This document shows positions 17,031 through 26,439 of a stretch of 64,000 nt of DNA, piece by piece; the first letter of the stretch is position 1; the number at the start of each line of letters is the position of its first letter. The notes beneath the pieces were generated by a model. That model saw only the letters and a program-made list of their open reading frames with translations. It did no database searches and was not told where the DNA came from. Source of the stretch: a virus (lineage: Duplodnaviria > Caudoviricetes); IMG/VR virus record IMGVR_UViG_2866048730_000001, positions 32,314 to 96,313 of that record; one strand, 5' to 3'. The position numbers and the translations under genes are program-made.

Positions 17031-17873
17031 TCACCCGAACGATTCGATGGCAGTGGTGATTATTTCCCGAGCAGCCGAGCCGAACACGGCCATCTCGTAA
17101 AGCTCGGCAAAGGTCTGTGCATACATGCGGAGTTCAGGCTCCTGCTCGACCGTAAGGTGGGCTGAGACGAGTTCGACTTTGACTGTGTGGTCGTCGAACA
17201 TGAAGAAGCCTTCGACGGGCATGAGCGGTCGCTCGATGTGGCGGGGAATGATCCCGATAGCCACTCTGGGGAGGGCCATGGCGCTGAGCAGGTAGCCGAG
17301 TTGGCCAACCATCACATCGGGGCCGCCCATCCGGTTGTAGAGGGCGCTCTCCTCCAAGAGGATGGCGAATGTGCGCTGCGTGTATACGATCTTCTGTTTT
17401 TCAAGGCGGACCTCAACAGCCGCGTCGACATCGTCGATCGTGTTGCGACGGTCGCGGATGGAGGTCAGCAACGCCTTGATGTAGGAGGCCGTCTGCACCG
17501 GTCCAGGGATCAGCCACGGCGAGTAAAAGCGGAACTGCTGAGTCCGATCCCAAAGGGGAAGGGCTGACTGTTGGGCCTGCTTGAGCCCGCCGCTCTCCAA
17601 CTGTTGCCACTGGACGTACATGCCCTCGATGCGGCGGGCAGTCTGGACGAGAAGGTCCGCTTGGTCCTCAGCACCGCATGCGCTGCACCATTCGCGAAGA
17701 TCGCGCTCCGAGGGCGCGCGTTTGGCGCTCTCGAAGCGCGATGCTTTCGATTCGTGCCACTCCAGTTTTTCAGAAAGGGCTCGCTTGGTGAGTCCGGCCG
17801 CAACCCGGATCTCTGCGAGGCGTTTCCCGAGCGCCTTGCGTGCTTCCTGGGCGCTCGAAGATGCCGATTCCAT
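17031..17873 (-). CDS. XRE-family HTH regulator with DUF5753-type domain
   Basis: LGKRLAEIRVAAGLT...SRFES; IPGPVQTASY; LLEESALY..MGG. Confidence 0.85.
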   Translation of the reverse strand: MESASSSAQEARKALGKRLAEIRVAAGLTKRALSEKLEWHESKASRFESAKRAPSERDLREWCSACGAEDQADLLVQTARRIEGMYVQWQQLESGGLKQAQQSALPLWDRTQQFRFYSPWLIPGPVQTASYIKALLTSIRDRRNTIDDVDAAVEVRLEKQKIVYTQRTFAILLEESALYNRMGGPDVMVGQLGYLLSAMALPRVAIGIIPRHIERPLMPVEGFFMFDDHTVKVELVSAHLTVEQEPELRMYAQTFAELYEMAVFGSAAREIITTAIESFG

Positions 17874-17899
17874 GGGAGTGACGGTCCTATGCGTGGTGC

Positions 17900-18412
17900 C
17901 TAGCGGGCTTCGAACTCGGCATGCGGGATCGCCCTGCGCCAGATGGCATCGAAGGCCGACTCGCAGAGCTTCGCGATCTCCGGGTCTTCGGTGATCTCGG
18001 GCTCTGTGGGTTCGCCTTCGCCGTCGAAGTGGTTCAGGTACAGCAGCCGGGAGTCGAACAGCCAGAAGTCATTGCCCGGCACGAGTAGATCCGAAGCGTT
18101 CCGCCGAGGGAGCCACCGCACCTGCTCGCCCGCCGCGATGTTGAGCCCCTCGGTCACCTCGTGCTCGAAGCGGATGTACTCGCTCACAGGCGTCGAGACG
18201 ATGCGCGCTCGACGCACCTCGACACCTCGCGAGACCGCCTCCGAGACGATCGAGTGCCATGCGGACCAGCGCTCAGCCGGGTCGATCTGCCTGCCGGCCT
18301 TCCAGTCGACGAAGGTCGAGTGCGTCTTGCTGTAGGCGTCGCGGGCTTCCAGGTGGACGGCTGTCCGCTGGCAGTCGCGGAACAGCTCTTTAAACGTCGG
18401 GGGATTCGACAC
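17900..18412 (-). CDS. DUF6879-like protein
   Basis: AVHLEARDAY, RRARIVSTPVSEYIRFE, NDFWLFD. Confidence 0.8.
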   Translation of the reverse strand: MSNPPTFKELFRDCQRTAVHLEARDAYSKTHSTFVDWKAGRQIDPAERWSAWHSIVSEAVSRGVEVRRARIVSTPVSEYIRFEHEVTEGLNIAAGEQVRWLPRRNASDLLVPGNDFWLFDSRLLYLNHFDGEGEPTEPEITEDPEIAKLCESAFDAIWRRAIPHAEFEAR

Positions 18413-18659
18413 CCTTCTCCACCTCCGGCTCGGTGTCCTTGGTAGCGGCCTCCCTGTCCTCTGCCAGGAAGAACTGCGCCATATAGCGGGGAATCTCCAC
18501 CGCCCCCTCGTGCGGGGGGAGGTTCAGCTGCTTGAGCCGCTCCTCGTCCAGGACCTTGAACCCCTGGACGAGGTACCTGTCGGTCTCGTCGTCCACGTAG
18601 ATCGTAGGCGAGTTGCCGTCAGGGCTGTTGGGGTCCTTACCGAGCATGCGCAGGGCCAT
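18390..18659 (-). CDS. Small conserved protein of the DUF6879/XRE module
   Basis: GGAGG RBS; GKDPNSPDGNSPTIY...YLVQG. Confidence 0.75.
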   Translation of the reverse strand: MALRMLGKDPNSPDGNSPTIYVDDETDRYLVQGFKVLDEERLKQLNLPPHEGAVEIPRYMAQFFLAEDREAATKDTEPEVEKGVESPDV

Positions 18660-18689
18660 GATGTCCTCCTCGGATGCGGGTGATGCTTC

Positions 18690-18750
18690 CCATGCCAGAG
18701 CTTGCCCCCGCCCCCGTTGGAACGCGAGGAACTTGCCCGAACTTGCCAGC
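18690..18750 (-). repeat. Phased TGCC repeats upstream of the regulator operon
   Basis: TGCC pairs at 18693/18703 and 18734/18744. Confidence 0.55.
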
Positions 18751-18859
18751 ACTTCACGGGCGACTGTAGGTGCGCGGAGGAGCGGGGGACGAGAAGTCGA
18801 TCAGCCGTTCGCGGAGCGCTGGATTGGCCGAATTGGACTGATCGACTTCGCGTCCAGGG

Positions 18860-19243
18860 CTATGCCGCCTCCGCCAAGCCGTCGTAGCCGTCCACGTAGG
18901 GCCTGCCGTTCAGGTGCGCGGCGATCTTTCCGACCCCACGTTCGAGCCGGTATCGGACGGCTCGGTCCGTCACGCCCTGGAGGGTGGCGGCCTCCGCGTC
19001 GGGGAGATCGGCGCCGTACCGCAGGACGATGGCCTGGCGCTCGCCGGGGGTGAGCGGTGCAGTTACCCAACCCCGCCGGATGTCGGCGAGGTGGGCGAAC
19101 AACAGGCTTGCCGTCTTCGGATCGACGCTGCCCTTGGGCATGTCGGCGTCCGGGGCCTGCAAGTTGCGGATGCCGTAGGCCGCCTCGTCATCCCATACCG
19201 CCGGAAGCAGATGCTCGACCAGGGCCCGGTCGTATCCGGTCAC
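18860..19243 (-). CDS. Sigma region-4-like HTH protein
   Basis: LTPGERQAIVLRY...GVTDRAVRYRLERG. Confidence 0.75.
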   Translation of the reverse strand: MTGYDRALVEHLLPAVWDDEAAYGIRNLQAPDADMPKGSVDPKTASLLFAHLADIRRGWVTAPLTPGERQAIVLRYGADLPDAEAATLQGVTDRAVRYRLERGVGKIAAHLNGRPYVDGYDGLAEAA

Positions 19244-19587
19244 CGGCCCCCGCTTTCGGCGACGGTGCGTGCGGCCTCGTACGACACGTGTCCGGACCGG
19301 CGCTTCGCCTCGGTCAGCCACCGGTCGCGGAGCCTCTGCGAGAGCCAGCGGTGCAGCAGTCCGGCCCCGCCCTCGGCGACGAGCTGGCGCACGTAAGCGG
19401 CGCGCTCGGCGGCGATGATGACCGATTCCTGCAAGGCGTCCTCGTACTCCAACGTCAGCCCGTAGTCGCGTGAGAAGCCCCGCGCCACGGCGCGGCAGAC
19501 GCTGTCCACCTGCGGCTCGGCCAAGACAGTCCAGTCGGCTGTGGCGGCCTGCGGTGGATGCTCGATGTCCTGGAGCGTGATGGTCAT
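19240..19587 (-). CDS. Phage DNA-binding protein, sigma region-2-like
   Basis: YEDALQES motif; coupled to the HTH gene. Confidence 0.6.
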   Translation of the reverse strand: MTITLQDIEHPPQAATADWTVLAEPQVDSVCRAVARGFSRDYGLTLEYEDALQESVIIAAERAAYVRQLVAEGGAGLLHRWLSQRLRDRWLTEAKRRSGHVSYEAARTVAESGGR

Positions 19588-20777
19588 CGAACGACCTCCT
19601 TCACCGGGACCTCGCCGTCCTTCGTGATCATGACCATCAGGCCGGGGGCTCCCCGGGTGCCGGTGCGGTGCCGCCACCACGTCGACTCGGACTCCATGGC
19701 CGGAACCTGGATGAACGTCCTCGGGCCGTCGGTGTCCACGAACTCGTGGTGCAGGTGGCCGGCCAGCAGCACGTCCGCCTGGTGCATGGCGCTGGCCTTG
19801 TTGAAGCTCTGGCCCTTCCACCACTCGAAGTGCTTGCCCGACCTCCACTGGTGGCCGTGGGCATGGGCGATCACGCTTCCCGAGCACTCGACCACGACGG
19901 TCAGCTCGTCGGTATCAGGCACGAAGAACTCCACGTGCCCGAACTCCTTCGGGGCCAGCGAGACGGCCTCCTGCACGGCAATGAGGGCGTCGGTGTCGTG
20001 GGAGTCGTCGTACCGCGTGACGCCTTTGCCGTTGAACCTGACGGCCTCGCCATGATTGCCGGGGACGGCCGCCACGGTGAGGCGCTCGACCAGCGGGGCG
20101 AGTCGCAGGACGGCGTGGGCCATCACGCGGCGGGTGAGGCGGATCTGCTCCGTCAGCGTCAGCGAGGTCCGCCAGGCGTTTGCACCGCCCTGGGACTGGT
20201 AGCCCTCGATATGGTCCCCGAGCCATGCAAGGTGGACATGCCCGATCGCGAACCGCTTCCGGTATTCGGGCAGGAGAGCTGCGGCCTTGTCGATGCAGGC
20301 GATCGTCCGCTGGAGGGTGCCGGCCACCCCGTCGCCGTCTGCCTTGCCGAACTGCATGTCTCCGAGCGCGACGATCAGGGTGTGGTCGCCCTGGCGCTGG
20401 GCGGTCGACAGGCGGGGCGGGTCGTAGCGGTCGACGAGGGCCAGGAGCTCGTCGAGGTTCGGGCGCTCGGCCTCGGGGTCCTGGCGCCGGGCGAAGGTGA
20501 AGCGCGCGGACACCCCCAGCTCGCCGTTCGGCAGAGTCCACTCGGAGCTGCGGAACGCCTTTACGTCCCAGTCGGCAGGGTCGAGCTGATGGGCGCGCAG
20601 CACGTCGGCGGCTGAGGTGTCCGGGTCCATCTCAACCGGGCCGCGCACGGTGACCTCGGCCGCGTTGCCGGAGACTTCGATCTGCCTCGTGTAGTCGCGG
20701 TCAGGGTCGGTCTGGCGGGCAGGTATGGGTGGAGGGGTGGGTGTGGCCAGAAGGTCGGTCAGTAGAGAGGTAGTCAC
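19584..20777 (-). CDS. Metallophosphoesterase
   Basis: GDMQ, GDH, GNHG, HGH, GHLH motifs. Confidence 0.85.
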   Translation of the reverse strand: MTTSLLTDLLATPTPPPIPARQTDPDRDYTRQIEVSGNAAEVTVRGPVEMDPDTSAADVLRAHQLDPADWDVKAFRSSEWTLPNGELGVSARFTFARRQDPEAERPNLDELLALVDRYDPPRLSTAQRQGDHTLIVALGDMQFGKADGDGVAGTLQRTIACIDKAAALLPEYRKRFAIGHVHLAWLGDHIEGYQSQGGANAWRTSLTLTEQIRLTRRVMAHAVLRLAPLVERLTVAAVPGNHGEAVRFNGKGVTRYDDSHDTDALIAVQEAVSLAPKEFGHVEFFVPDTDELTVVVECSGSVIAHAHGHQWRSGKHFEWWKGQSFNKASAMHQADVLLAGHLHHEFVDTDGPRTFIQVPAMESESTWWRHRTGTRGAPGLMVMITKDGEVPVKEVVR

Positions 20778-20781
20778 GGGC

Positions 20782-20988
20782 TTACGCGGTCTCCTGAAGG
20801 GATCGACGGTACGTGCGGATGGTGGACGCGGACACGGCGTGCCCATGTCTGCGCAGGACGAGGGCAAGGCGCTCGGCGGAGGAGCCGTCGAAGAGGCGGA
20901 TCATTACGGACTCGCGCTCGTCGGGTTCCAGTTCGTCGTAGATGCGCTGGAGGGTGGGGCCGGGGCTGCCGGGCAGTCCTTCGCTCAC
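20782..20988 (-). CDS. Small HTH-like protein
   Basis: SAERLA...VSASTIRTYRR. Confidence 0.6.
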   Translation of the reverse strand: MSEGLPGSPGPTLQRIYDELEPDERESVMIRLFDGSSAERLALVLRRHGHAVSASTIRTYRRSLQETA

Positions 20989-21338
20989 GCGGCCTCCCGG
21001 TCGATGGTCTCCACGGCTGCTATGGCGAGGGCGGCCAGGCGGACGAGCCCGTCACGAGAGTGCTGGGTGTCCTGCTCGGCGAAGGCTTCAAAGCAGGCCG
21101 CCAGGAGCGTGGAGTCCCAGCCGGGGGTGCTGGCGAGTTGGCGGCTCGTCTCGATCGACCGCCATCGATTCGCCTCGCGCTGGTGGTGGGCTCGCCCCTT
21201 GGTGGGGCGCTGGCCTCCGGCGAGGGGCATGGGCTTGTCCCCGAGGAGCTTGCGAGCTGCCCTCACCTCGGTGAAGATCGCCGTTGCGGGGTCGGGCCTT
21301 CGGCCTGCCGGCCGTCGCGTCGTCTTGCCCTCGGTCAC
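20985..21338 (-). CDS. Degenerate MazG-like protein
   Basis: FEAFAE.D...LVRLAALAIAAVETIDR resembles all-alpha NTP-PPase but lacks the EE residues. Confidence 0.45.
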   Translation of the reverse strand: MTEGKTTRRPAGRRPDPATAIFTEVRAARKLLGDKPMPLAGGQRPTKGRAHHQREANRWRSIETSRQLASTPGWDSTLLAACFEAFAEQDTQHSRDGLVRLAALAIAAVETIDREAA

Positions 21339-22003
21339 TGCTGGCCCTCCTCGCTGATCAGGTTGAGAAGGGCTTGCGCGCCCTCCTTCATGTAGGTCTC
21401 GGTCACATCGCCGTCGCGCAGGCGGACCCCTCGGGCTGATCGCAGAGAGCGGCAGACGCGGGTCGTGAGTTCGGCGCCAGCCTCGTCCGGGTCGGCCCAC
21501 ACCCACACTCGCGAGAAGCCTGCGAGCATCCGGCGATGGCGCGGACGCCAAAGGGCTGCCCCAGGGACCGCCACTGCGTGGAGGCCCACCCGCCGCAGGG
21601 TGATGGTGTCGAGCTCGCCCTCCGTCACGTGGATCTCGTCGCCCGCTGCGTGGATCGCGTCAATGCCGTACAGGCGTGGCGGATCGTCCTTGAGCGAGTT
21701 GTACTTGCCGTGCCCGAAGTCGCGGTGGCTGTGCGTTTCGAGGCACCTGAACCGCATGGTCAGGACGCGTCCGTCGTGCCCGAGGTAGGGAATGGCGAGC
21801 CGTCCGGCCTGGCGCTCGTGTCCAGGGAGGGGGTTAGCTACGACGCCAAGCCGGTACGTAGCCGCCTCGTCCTCGGTGATCCCGCGCCCGAGAAGGTACT
21901 GAGCGGCGTCCGCCGTAAGCGCTGCCTGATAGGCGGCGGTCGCCTCCTCCAGCATCGTCCGTTGCGAGGGCGAGAGAGGCCGCAAGGGTTCGTGCTCCGG
22001 CAA
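21335..22003 (-). CDS. DNA primase, TOPRIM part
   Basis: LAIPY, FR, TEGELD, DPDEAG. Confidence 0.85.
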   Translation of the reverse strand: MPEHEPLRPLSPSQRTMLEEATAAYQAALTADAAQYLLGRGITEDEAATYRLGVVANPLPGHERQAGRLAIPYLGHDGRVLTMRFRCLETHSHRDFGHGKYNSLKDDPPRLYGIDAIHAAGDEIHVTEGELDTITLRRVGLHAVAVPGAALWRPRHRRMLAGFSRVWVWADPDEAGAELTTRVCRSLRSARGVRLRDGDVTETYMKEGAQALLNLISEEGQQ

Positions 22004-22265
22004 AGGTGGTCTTCTCCTTCTTCATGATCAGCGTGTAGCTGTCGCCTCCCTCGCCGCAGGAGTGGCACTTCCACAGGCCACGGTCCAGGTGGTACGAGAA
22101 CGACGGCGTGTTGTCCTCGTGGAGGGGGCACGGGGCCATGCCCGACGTGCGCTCGGGGTTGTAGTCGATTTCGTAGTGATCGAGGACGGCCGCCAGGGTG
22201 GGCTTCTCGTGCTCCTGGTCCTCGAAGTCGTTCCGGAGACGCGCCAGGTTCACGGCAGCATCCAT
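21834..22265 (-). CDS. DNA primase, CHC2 zinc-finger part
   Basis: CPLHEDNTPSF...WKCHSCGEGGD. Confidence 0.85.
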   Translation of the reverse strand: MDAAVNLARLRNDFEDQEHEKPTLAAVLDHYEIDYNPERTSGMAPCPLHEDNTPSFSYHLDRGLWKCHSCGEGGDSYTLIMKKEKTTFAGARTLAASLALATDDAGGGDRRLSGSAYGGRRSVPSRARDHRGRGGYVPAWRRS

Positions 22266-22390
22266 TCGTCGAGGTCATGTACAGGGATCTCGAAGAACTC
22301 CTCCAACTCCATGAGGAGTTGGCCGTCGAAGTCGGGATCGTTGAGGCAGTCGAGGAACGCCTCGAACCCGCAGACCTCCTCGGCCGGCAT
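22250..22390 (-). CDS. 46-aa acidic peptide
   Basis: MPAEEVCGFEAFLDCLND...; TGATG coupling, fills the gap. Confidence 0.5.
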   Translation of the reverse strand: MPAEEVCGFEAFLDCLNDPDFDGQLLMELEEFFEIPVHDLDEWMLP

Positions 22391-22536
22391 CACGCGACGC
22401 GCTCCCCCCGGAAGAAGCGGGCGTACGGGTCATAGCCGATCTCGCGAAGTCCCTGGGGAGTGGTGAAGTCGTCCATCAGTTCGCCGAGTTCGCGACAGAT
22501 GCGGGCCTGCTCTTCCATCTCCTCGTACTGCCTCAC
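22390..22536 (-). CDS. Small hypothetical protein
   Basis: GTGA overlap with the resolvase gene. Confidence 0.45.
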   Translation of the reverse strand: MRQYEEMEEQARICRELGELMDDFTTPQGLREIGYDPYARFFRGERVA

Positions 22537-22925
22537 GAGTCCGTCTCCGGCGGGAGGTCGAAGAACTCCTCGACCGTGCTCAGCACGTACGCCTGGCGCC
22601 AACTCGCACCCCTGCGCCGGACGATCACAGCCACGTCTACGTCCCGCGGATCGAGGCCCCGGTGCTTCGCGTAGTTGTCGCGCTCGCGGAGGGCTTCCTT
22701 GATGAAGGTCCCGGGCTCGAACTTGGCGTTCTTGGTCTCGGTGATCAGGAAGGGGCGGTGCCGCACGGGCTGTCGGCGAATGACGTGGTCGCCCTCGTCC
22801 TCGACTCCGGTGAGCCGTAGCCGCTCGATGTCGAACCCCGCCTCGCGGAGCTGATCGCGGAACTCGGTCTCCCACCGTGCCCCTGCCCGCTTGTTCCGGC
22901 GGTTCCGCGCCGTAATGTCGTTCAA
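22533..22925 (-). CDS. Holliday junction resolvase, PD-(D/E)xK type
   Basis: KRAGARWE...DEGD...ETKN. Confidence 0.75.
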   Translation of the reverse strand: MNDITARNRRNKRAGARWETEFRDQLREAGFDIERLRLTGVEDEGDHVIRRQPVRHRPFLITETKNAKFEPGTFIKEALRERDNYAKHRGLDPRDVDVAVIVRRRGASWRQAYVLSTVEEFFDLPPETDS

Positions 22926-22937
22926 CTCTTACAATCC

Positions 22938-23849
22938 TCACTGCTTCAGGGCGTCGAGCGGCGACCACTGTCGTGGTGCGGCCGGGGGAAGGGGGGAGAT
23001 GCGAGGCTCAGGCTTGGCGAAGCGGGTGTACTCGGGCTGGCACCGCAAGGTCGCGTACCGCTTCGCGGTCGGATCGCAGGCCCCCATTCGTTGCTTGATC
23101 ACCGCGATCCGGAACTCCATCGACGTGGGGTCCAGAGCCACGGACAGCGACAGCTCGGGCTTCTCGCTCAACCCGCCCTTGACCTGGTCTCGGGAGGGCG
23201 GAGCCCACGGGTCGCTCTTCGCCTCCCAGCTTTTGTCGCTGGCGTGGTGGAGGACGATCACCGTCGCGCCGGTCGCGCGGGAGAGTTCGGTCAGGCCCGA
23301 CATCACAGCCATCTGTTCGGTGTAATCGGATTCCGCCGAGTCGAAGTCCATGAGGTTGTCGAACACCATCACGGCCGGATAGGCGTCCCACAGTTCGACG
23401 TACGCCTCCAGCTCCTCGTCCACCGCCTTCCAGGTGATCGGGCTGCCGAAGCTGAAGGTGATGTTCAGGTGCGCCAGCGCGGCGAGGTACTCCTCGCGGT
23501 ACCGGCCGCCAGCGGCCATGCCGGCCTCGACCATCGTCGTGGTGTCGCCGGTCATCATGCTGGCCAGCCGGGACGACGCCGTGAATGCGCTCATGTCCGC
23601 GCTGAAGTACAGCGTCGGCAAGTTCATCTGGGCGGCCCAGAACAGGGCCAGACCGGATTTCTGGGTGCCGGACCGACCGGCGATCATCACGACCTCGCCG
23701 TGGCGTGGGCGGCAACCGATGTTGTAGAGCGGCTCGAAGGCGTCGATCCGCGGCAGCTCCTTGCCGGACTCGGCGTGCAGGGTCAGGGATCGTGCAGGGC
23801 TGAGCAAGCGTGAGCTCCTCCTCATCACCCGCCAGGCAGGGGCGGCCAC
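22938..23849 (-). CDS. DnaB-like helicase (start may be downstream)
   Basis: GRSGTQKS, LYFSAD, VFDNL, VLHH. Confidence 0.85.
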   Translation of the reverse strand: MAAPAWRVMRRSSRLLSPARSLTLHAESGKELPRIDAFEPLYNIGCRPRHGEVVMIAGRSGTQKSGLALFWAAQMNLPTLYFSADMSAFTASSRLASMMTGDTTTMVEAGMAAGGRYREEYLAALAHLNITFSFGSPITWKAVDEELEAYVELWDAYPAVMVFDNLMDFDSAESDYTEQMAVMSGLTELSRATGATVIVLHHASDKSWEAKSDPWAPPSRDQVKGGLSEKPELSLSVALDPTSMEFRIAVIKQRMGACDPTAKRYATLRCQPEYTRFAKPEPRISPLPPAAPRQWSPLDALKQ

Positions 23850-23884
23850 GAAAGCCGCCCCTGCCCAGCGGAGGTCGGGTGCGG

Positions 23885-24322
23885 TCAGTCGAAGGACGGG
23901 GCGGCGGCCACGGCCGCGTCGACTGCCGCGTCACGCTGCTCGGCGTACGCGATGACCTTGTTGCGGATGCCCATGTCGGTGATCTGCTTCCAGACCCATG
24001 CCGGGTGGGCGCCGGGCTTGGTTGCGGGGACCTGGGTGACGGTGACGAGGACGGCGCTGCCGACGAGCGTCGCCAGGTCTCGGGCGAGGACCGTCTGTTC
24101 GATGCGCTGCCCCTTCGAGACCTCGGGCGCGAGCCGGTCGAGCTGCTCCGGGGTCTTGAAGACGGTCACATCGCACAGTGCGCTGTCCTTCGGCCCATTG
24201 GGCGTGGGGCGCTGGCGTTCGTAGTCCTTGACCTCGACGAGGATGGCCATGGCCTCTGCGGCTTCCTTCGGCTTGAACCATCCGCCGTTGGCGGTAGGGA
24301 TGTCCTTCAGGTTCAGCGGCAC
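23885..24322 (-). CDS. Phage replication protein, possibly ssDNA-binding
   Basis: Position before helicase; PSFD C-terminal tail. Confidence 0.6.
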   Translation of the reverse strand: MPLNLKDIPTANGGWFKPKEAAEAMAILVEVKDYERQRPTPNGPKDSALCDVTVFKTPEQLDRLAPEVSKGQRIEQTVLARDLATLVGSAVLVTVTQVPATKPGAHPAWVWKQITDMGIRNKVIAYAEQRDAAVDAAVAAAPSFD

Positions 24323-24440
24323 TACTGATCTCCACTCTGTCGGTGAACGGGGTAGGGGGTGCGGCGGACTGGGGCGCGGCCCTTGAGGGTGCCCGCTGCG
24401 ATGGCTACGGCGATGGCCGCGCCGAGAAGGCGGTTCTTCA

Positions 24441-24887
24441 TCACGAACCCGCCAGGGCCCGGCCTCGGGCCTTCCACGCGTCCATCACCGCCGGGTCGGT
24501 GAAGGCGTGCTGGTTGGTGGCCCACAGGCGACGGAGGTCGTCGGTGGTGGCACAAGCTGTGATCTGTTCGAGGAGCGGGTTCTCCGTCTCCTGGTGGCCT
24601 GCCGGGGGCGTGGTGCTCTGGGCGCTCTCGTTCCGCTCATCGCCCTGCGGGACGACGCGGGCGCCAGGGAAGCCCCGCATGACAGTCGAGGCGCCCTGCG
24701 CGAGCTGGTTCGCCTCTGCGACGAGCTCATGGAGAGTCAAGCCAGATACACTCTTACGATCGAAGCCGAAACAGGCGGCGATGTCTTCCTGGACCTCGGC
24801 ACTCGGCCCTCGAAACGAGAGCTGCGGGTCTTCCTGCGCTGCTCCGCACTTGATGGTGACGGTGACGGATCGGCCTTCGCCGGTCAC
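24441..24887 (-). CDS. Phage hypothetical protein
   Basis: GAAGGA RBS; located in the replication operon. Confidence 0.65.
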   Translation of the reverse strand: MTGEGRSVTVTIKCGAAQEDPQLSFRGPSAEVQEDIAACFGFDRKSVSGLTLHELVAEANQLAQGASTVMRGFPGARVVPQGDERNESAQSTTPPAGHQETENPLLEQITACATTDDLRRLWATNQHAFTDPAVMDAWKARGRALAGS

Positions 24888-24946
24888 TGATGAACCCCTT
24901 CCTTCGATGCGAGAGGTGAACCGCCCCTCGCTCTGGATACACTATA

Positions 24947-25870
24947 TCAATCGTTCGGGCTGAATGGAACCAGCGCATTCTTGATCGCCCTCGCGCGGCG
25001 GACATCCAGCGCCAGGCGCGCGGCGTCCCAGCCGACTCGCAGGTCTGCCCAGTAGAGCGTGCAGCGCGCCTCGCCCGCAGGAAGGTGGATGATCACGCCC
25101 CAGTCCTGATTCACGTTGGGGATGCGCGAGTAGGCCGTCGCGGCGAAGTTCGCCGGCACTTCACGCTTCTTCCATGCCGCCAGCTCTCCGGCATCTTCGG
25201 CATCCACGGGAAACGCCGCGTGGTCGTACAGCTCGCCCCGCGAGTAGACCGCGAGCTGCGAGGACATCTTCAGGGCCCCGTACTGGACGCTGCCGGTCTT
25301 CAGGTCGCCGATGATCAGTCCGTCGATGAGGCGCCCGTCAGGGCCGGGGCCGGTATATCGGAGCAGCCGGTCGAAGGTCCCTCCGGTGCCCAGCTCGTCG
25401 ACCACGACGAACTGTTCCATCGCCACCACATCGAACATCGCGGTGGCGGCCTTGTACGCCGCCATGTCTGCGACATCCGAAGCGGACGTGCCGAGCGGTA
25501 GCTCTCTCTCCTGGTCCACCAGCTCGGACAGGCTGTGCAGGTGGGTACCCCGCTCCCGCTTCGCGTTGGCTCCGGCGGCGGTTACCGCCCGCTCGGCGAG
25601 CCGGTCGAGGGCCGCCTTCCCTTCGCGAGTCTCGGGGTTCAAGTATTGCAAAGCGGTCAGCAGAGCGGGCTCGCGGGCCGCACCGAGGAGCGTCATGCGC
25701 TTGCCCCAGGCGGTTAGCGCGCTCTTGTCTTCGATGGCATCGATGAAGGTGGTGACCCGCGTGAGCCCGCGCGGCCTACCGCCACCCCTCGGGATGACGA
25801 GCGGGCGCCCCCAGCGGTCACGGGGTACGCCAAGGGCTCGTGCGGGGAGATCGACGAGAGTGATGGGCAA
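24947..25870 (-). CDS. PD-(D/E)xK exonuclease (RecB/Cas4-like)
   Basis: RGTHLH, GTFDR, DLKTG, QLAVYS. Confidence 0.8.
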   Translation of the reverse strand: MPITLVDLPARALGVPRDRWGRPLVIPRGGGRPRGLTRVTTFIDAIEDKSALTAWGKRMTLLGAAREPALLTALQYLNPETREGKAALDRLAERAVTAAGANAKRERGTHLHSLSELVDQERELPLGTSASDVADMAAYKAATAMFDVVAMEQFVVVDELGTGGTFDRLLRYTGPGPDGRLIDGLIIGDLKTGSVQYGALKMSSQLAVYSRGELYDHAAFPVDAEDAGELAAWKKREVPANFAATAYSRIPNVNQDWGVIIHLPAGEARCTLYWADLRVGWDAARLALDVRRARAIKNALVPFSPND

Positions 25871-25883
25871 GCGAGCTCCAAGA

Positions 25884-26150
25884 TCAGGATGTGGACTGTA
25901 GGTAGAGGCGGACCGAGTCGTCGGCAAGGAGGACGGGAACGCAGGCGTCCTGGTCCAGCAGGTCGAGGCCGCGGCTCTGGGCAGCCGCAATGATGCGTCG
26001 CAGGTGGCCGGGAGCGTGGTCAGGGCTCACGGTGATGTGGTAGTCCCAGTCGTCGTGGTCTACATGAAGCGTGACCCCAGGAAGGGAGACGAGCTCGACC
26101 GTCCTGATCGCCTCGTCCTCAGTGGCGGCCACCGGCCAGTCGTGTGTCAT
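25884..26150 (-). CDS. Phage hypothetical protein
   Basis: GGAG RBS; first gene of the replication operon. Confidence 0.65.
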   Translation of the reverse strand: MTHDWPVAATEDEAIRTVELVSLPGVTLHVDHDDWDYHITVSPDHAPGHLRRIIAAAQSRGLDLLDQDACVPVLLADDSVRLYLQSTS

Positions 26151-26439
26151 GCGCTAGCTCCCCTCTCCCCGGACTGGCATCCTCCGCGCCAGTCGATCGA
26201 ACATGCGTGCGACACCTCCAGGATCTTGCCTGGTGGTCAACAACGGGTCAACCCTTTCAAACCGTATCCGGAGTCACAGCGTCCACGTGATCGGATTTCA
26301 CGACGCGAAATGAGCCTCAATGCGGCGCTGATCTGCGGTTTCCGTCGACCTGGGCAAGATCATTTCGTGAGGTGAAAAGAGGTGCGGAGGGGTGTCCGCA
26401 GCACCCTAGAGTTGATCGCTCCAGCGACACCCACAAGGA

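Noticed and set aside
24947-25870. Cas4 as evidence of a CRISPR system
   Set aside because: Solo phage PD-(D/E)xK nuclease in the replication operon, with no array nearby
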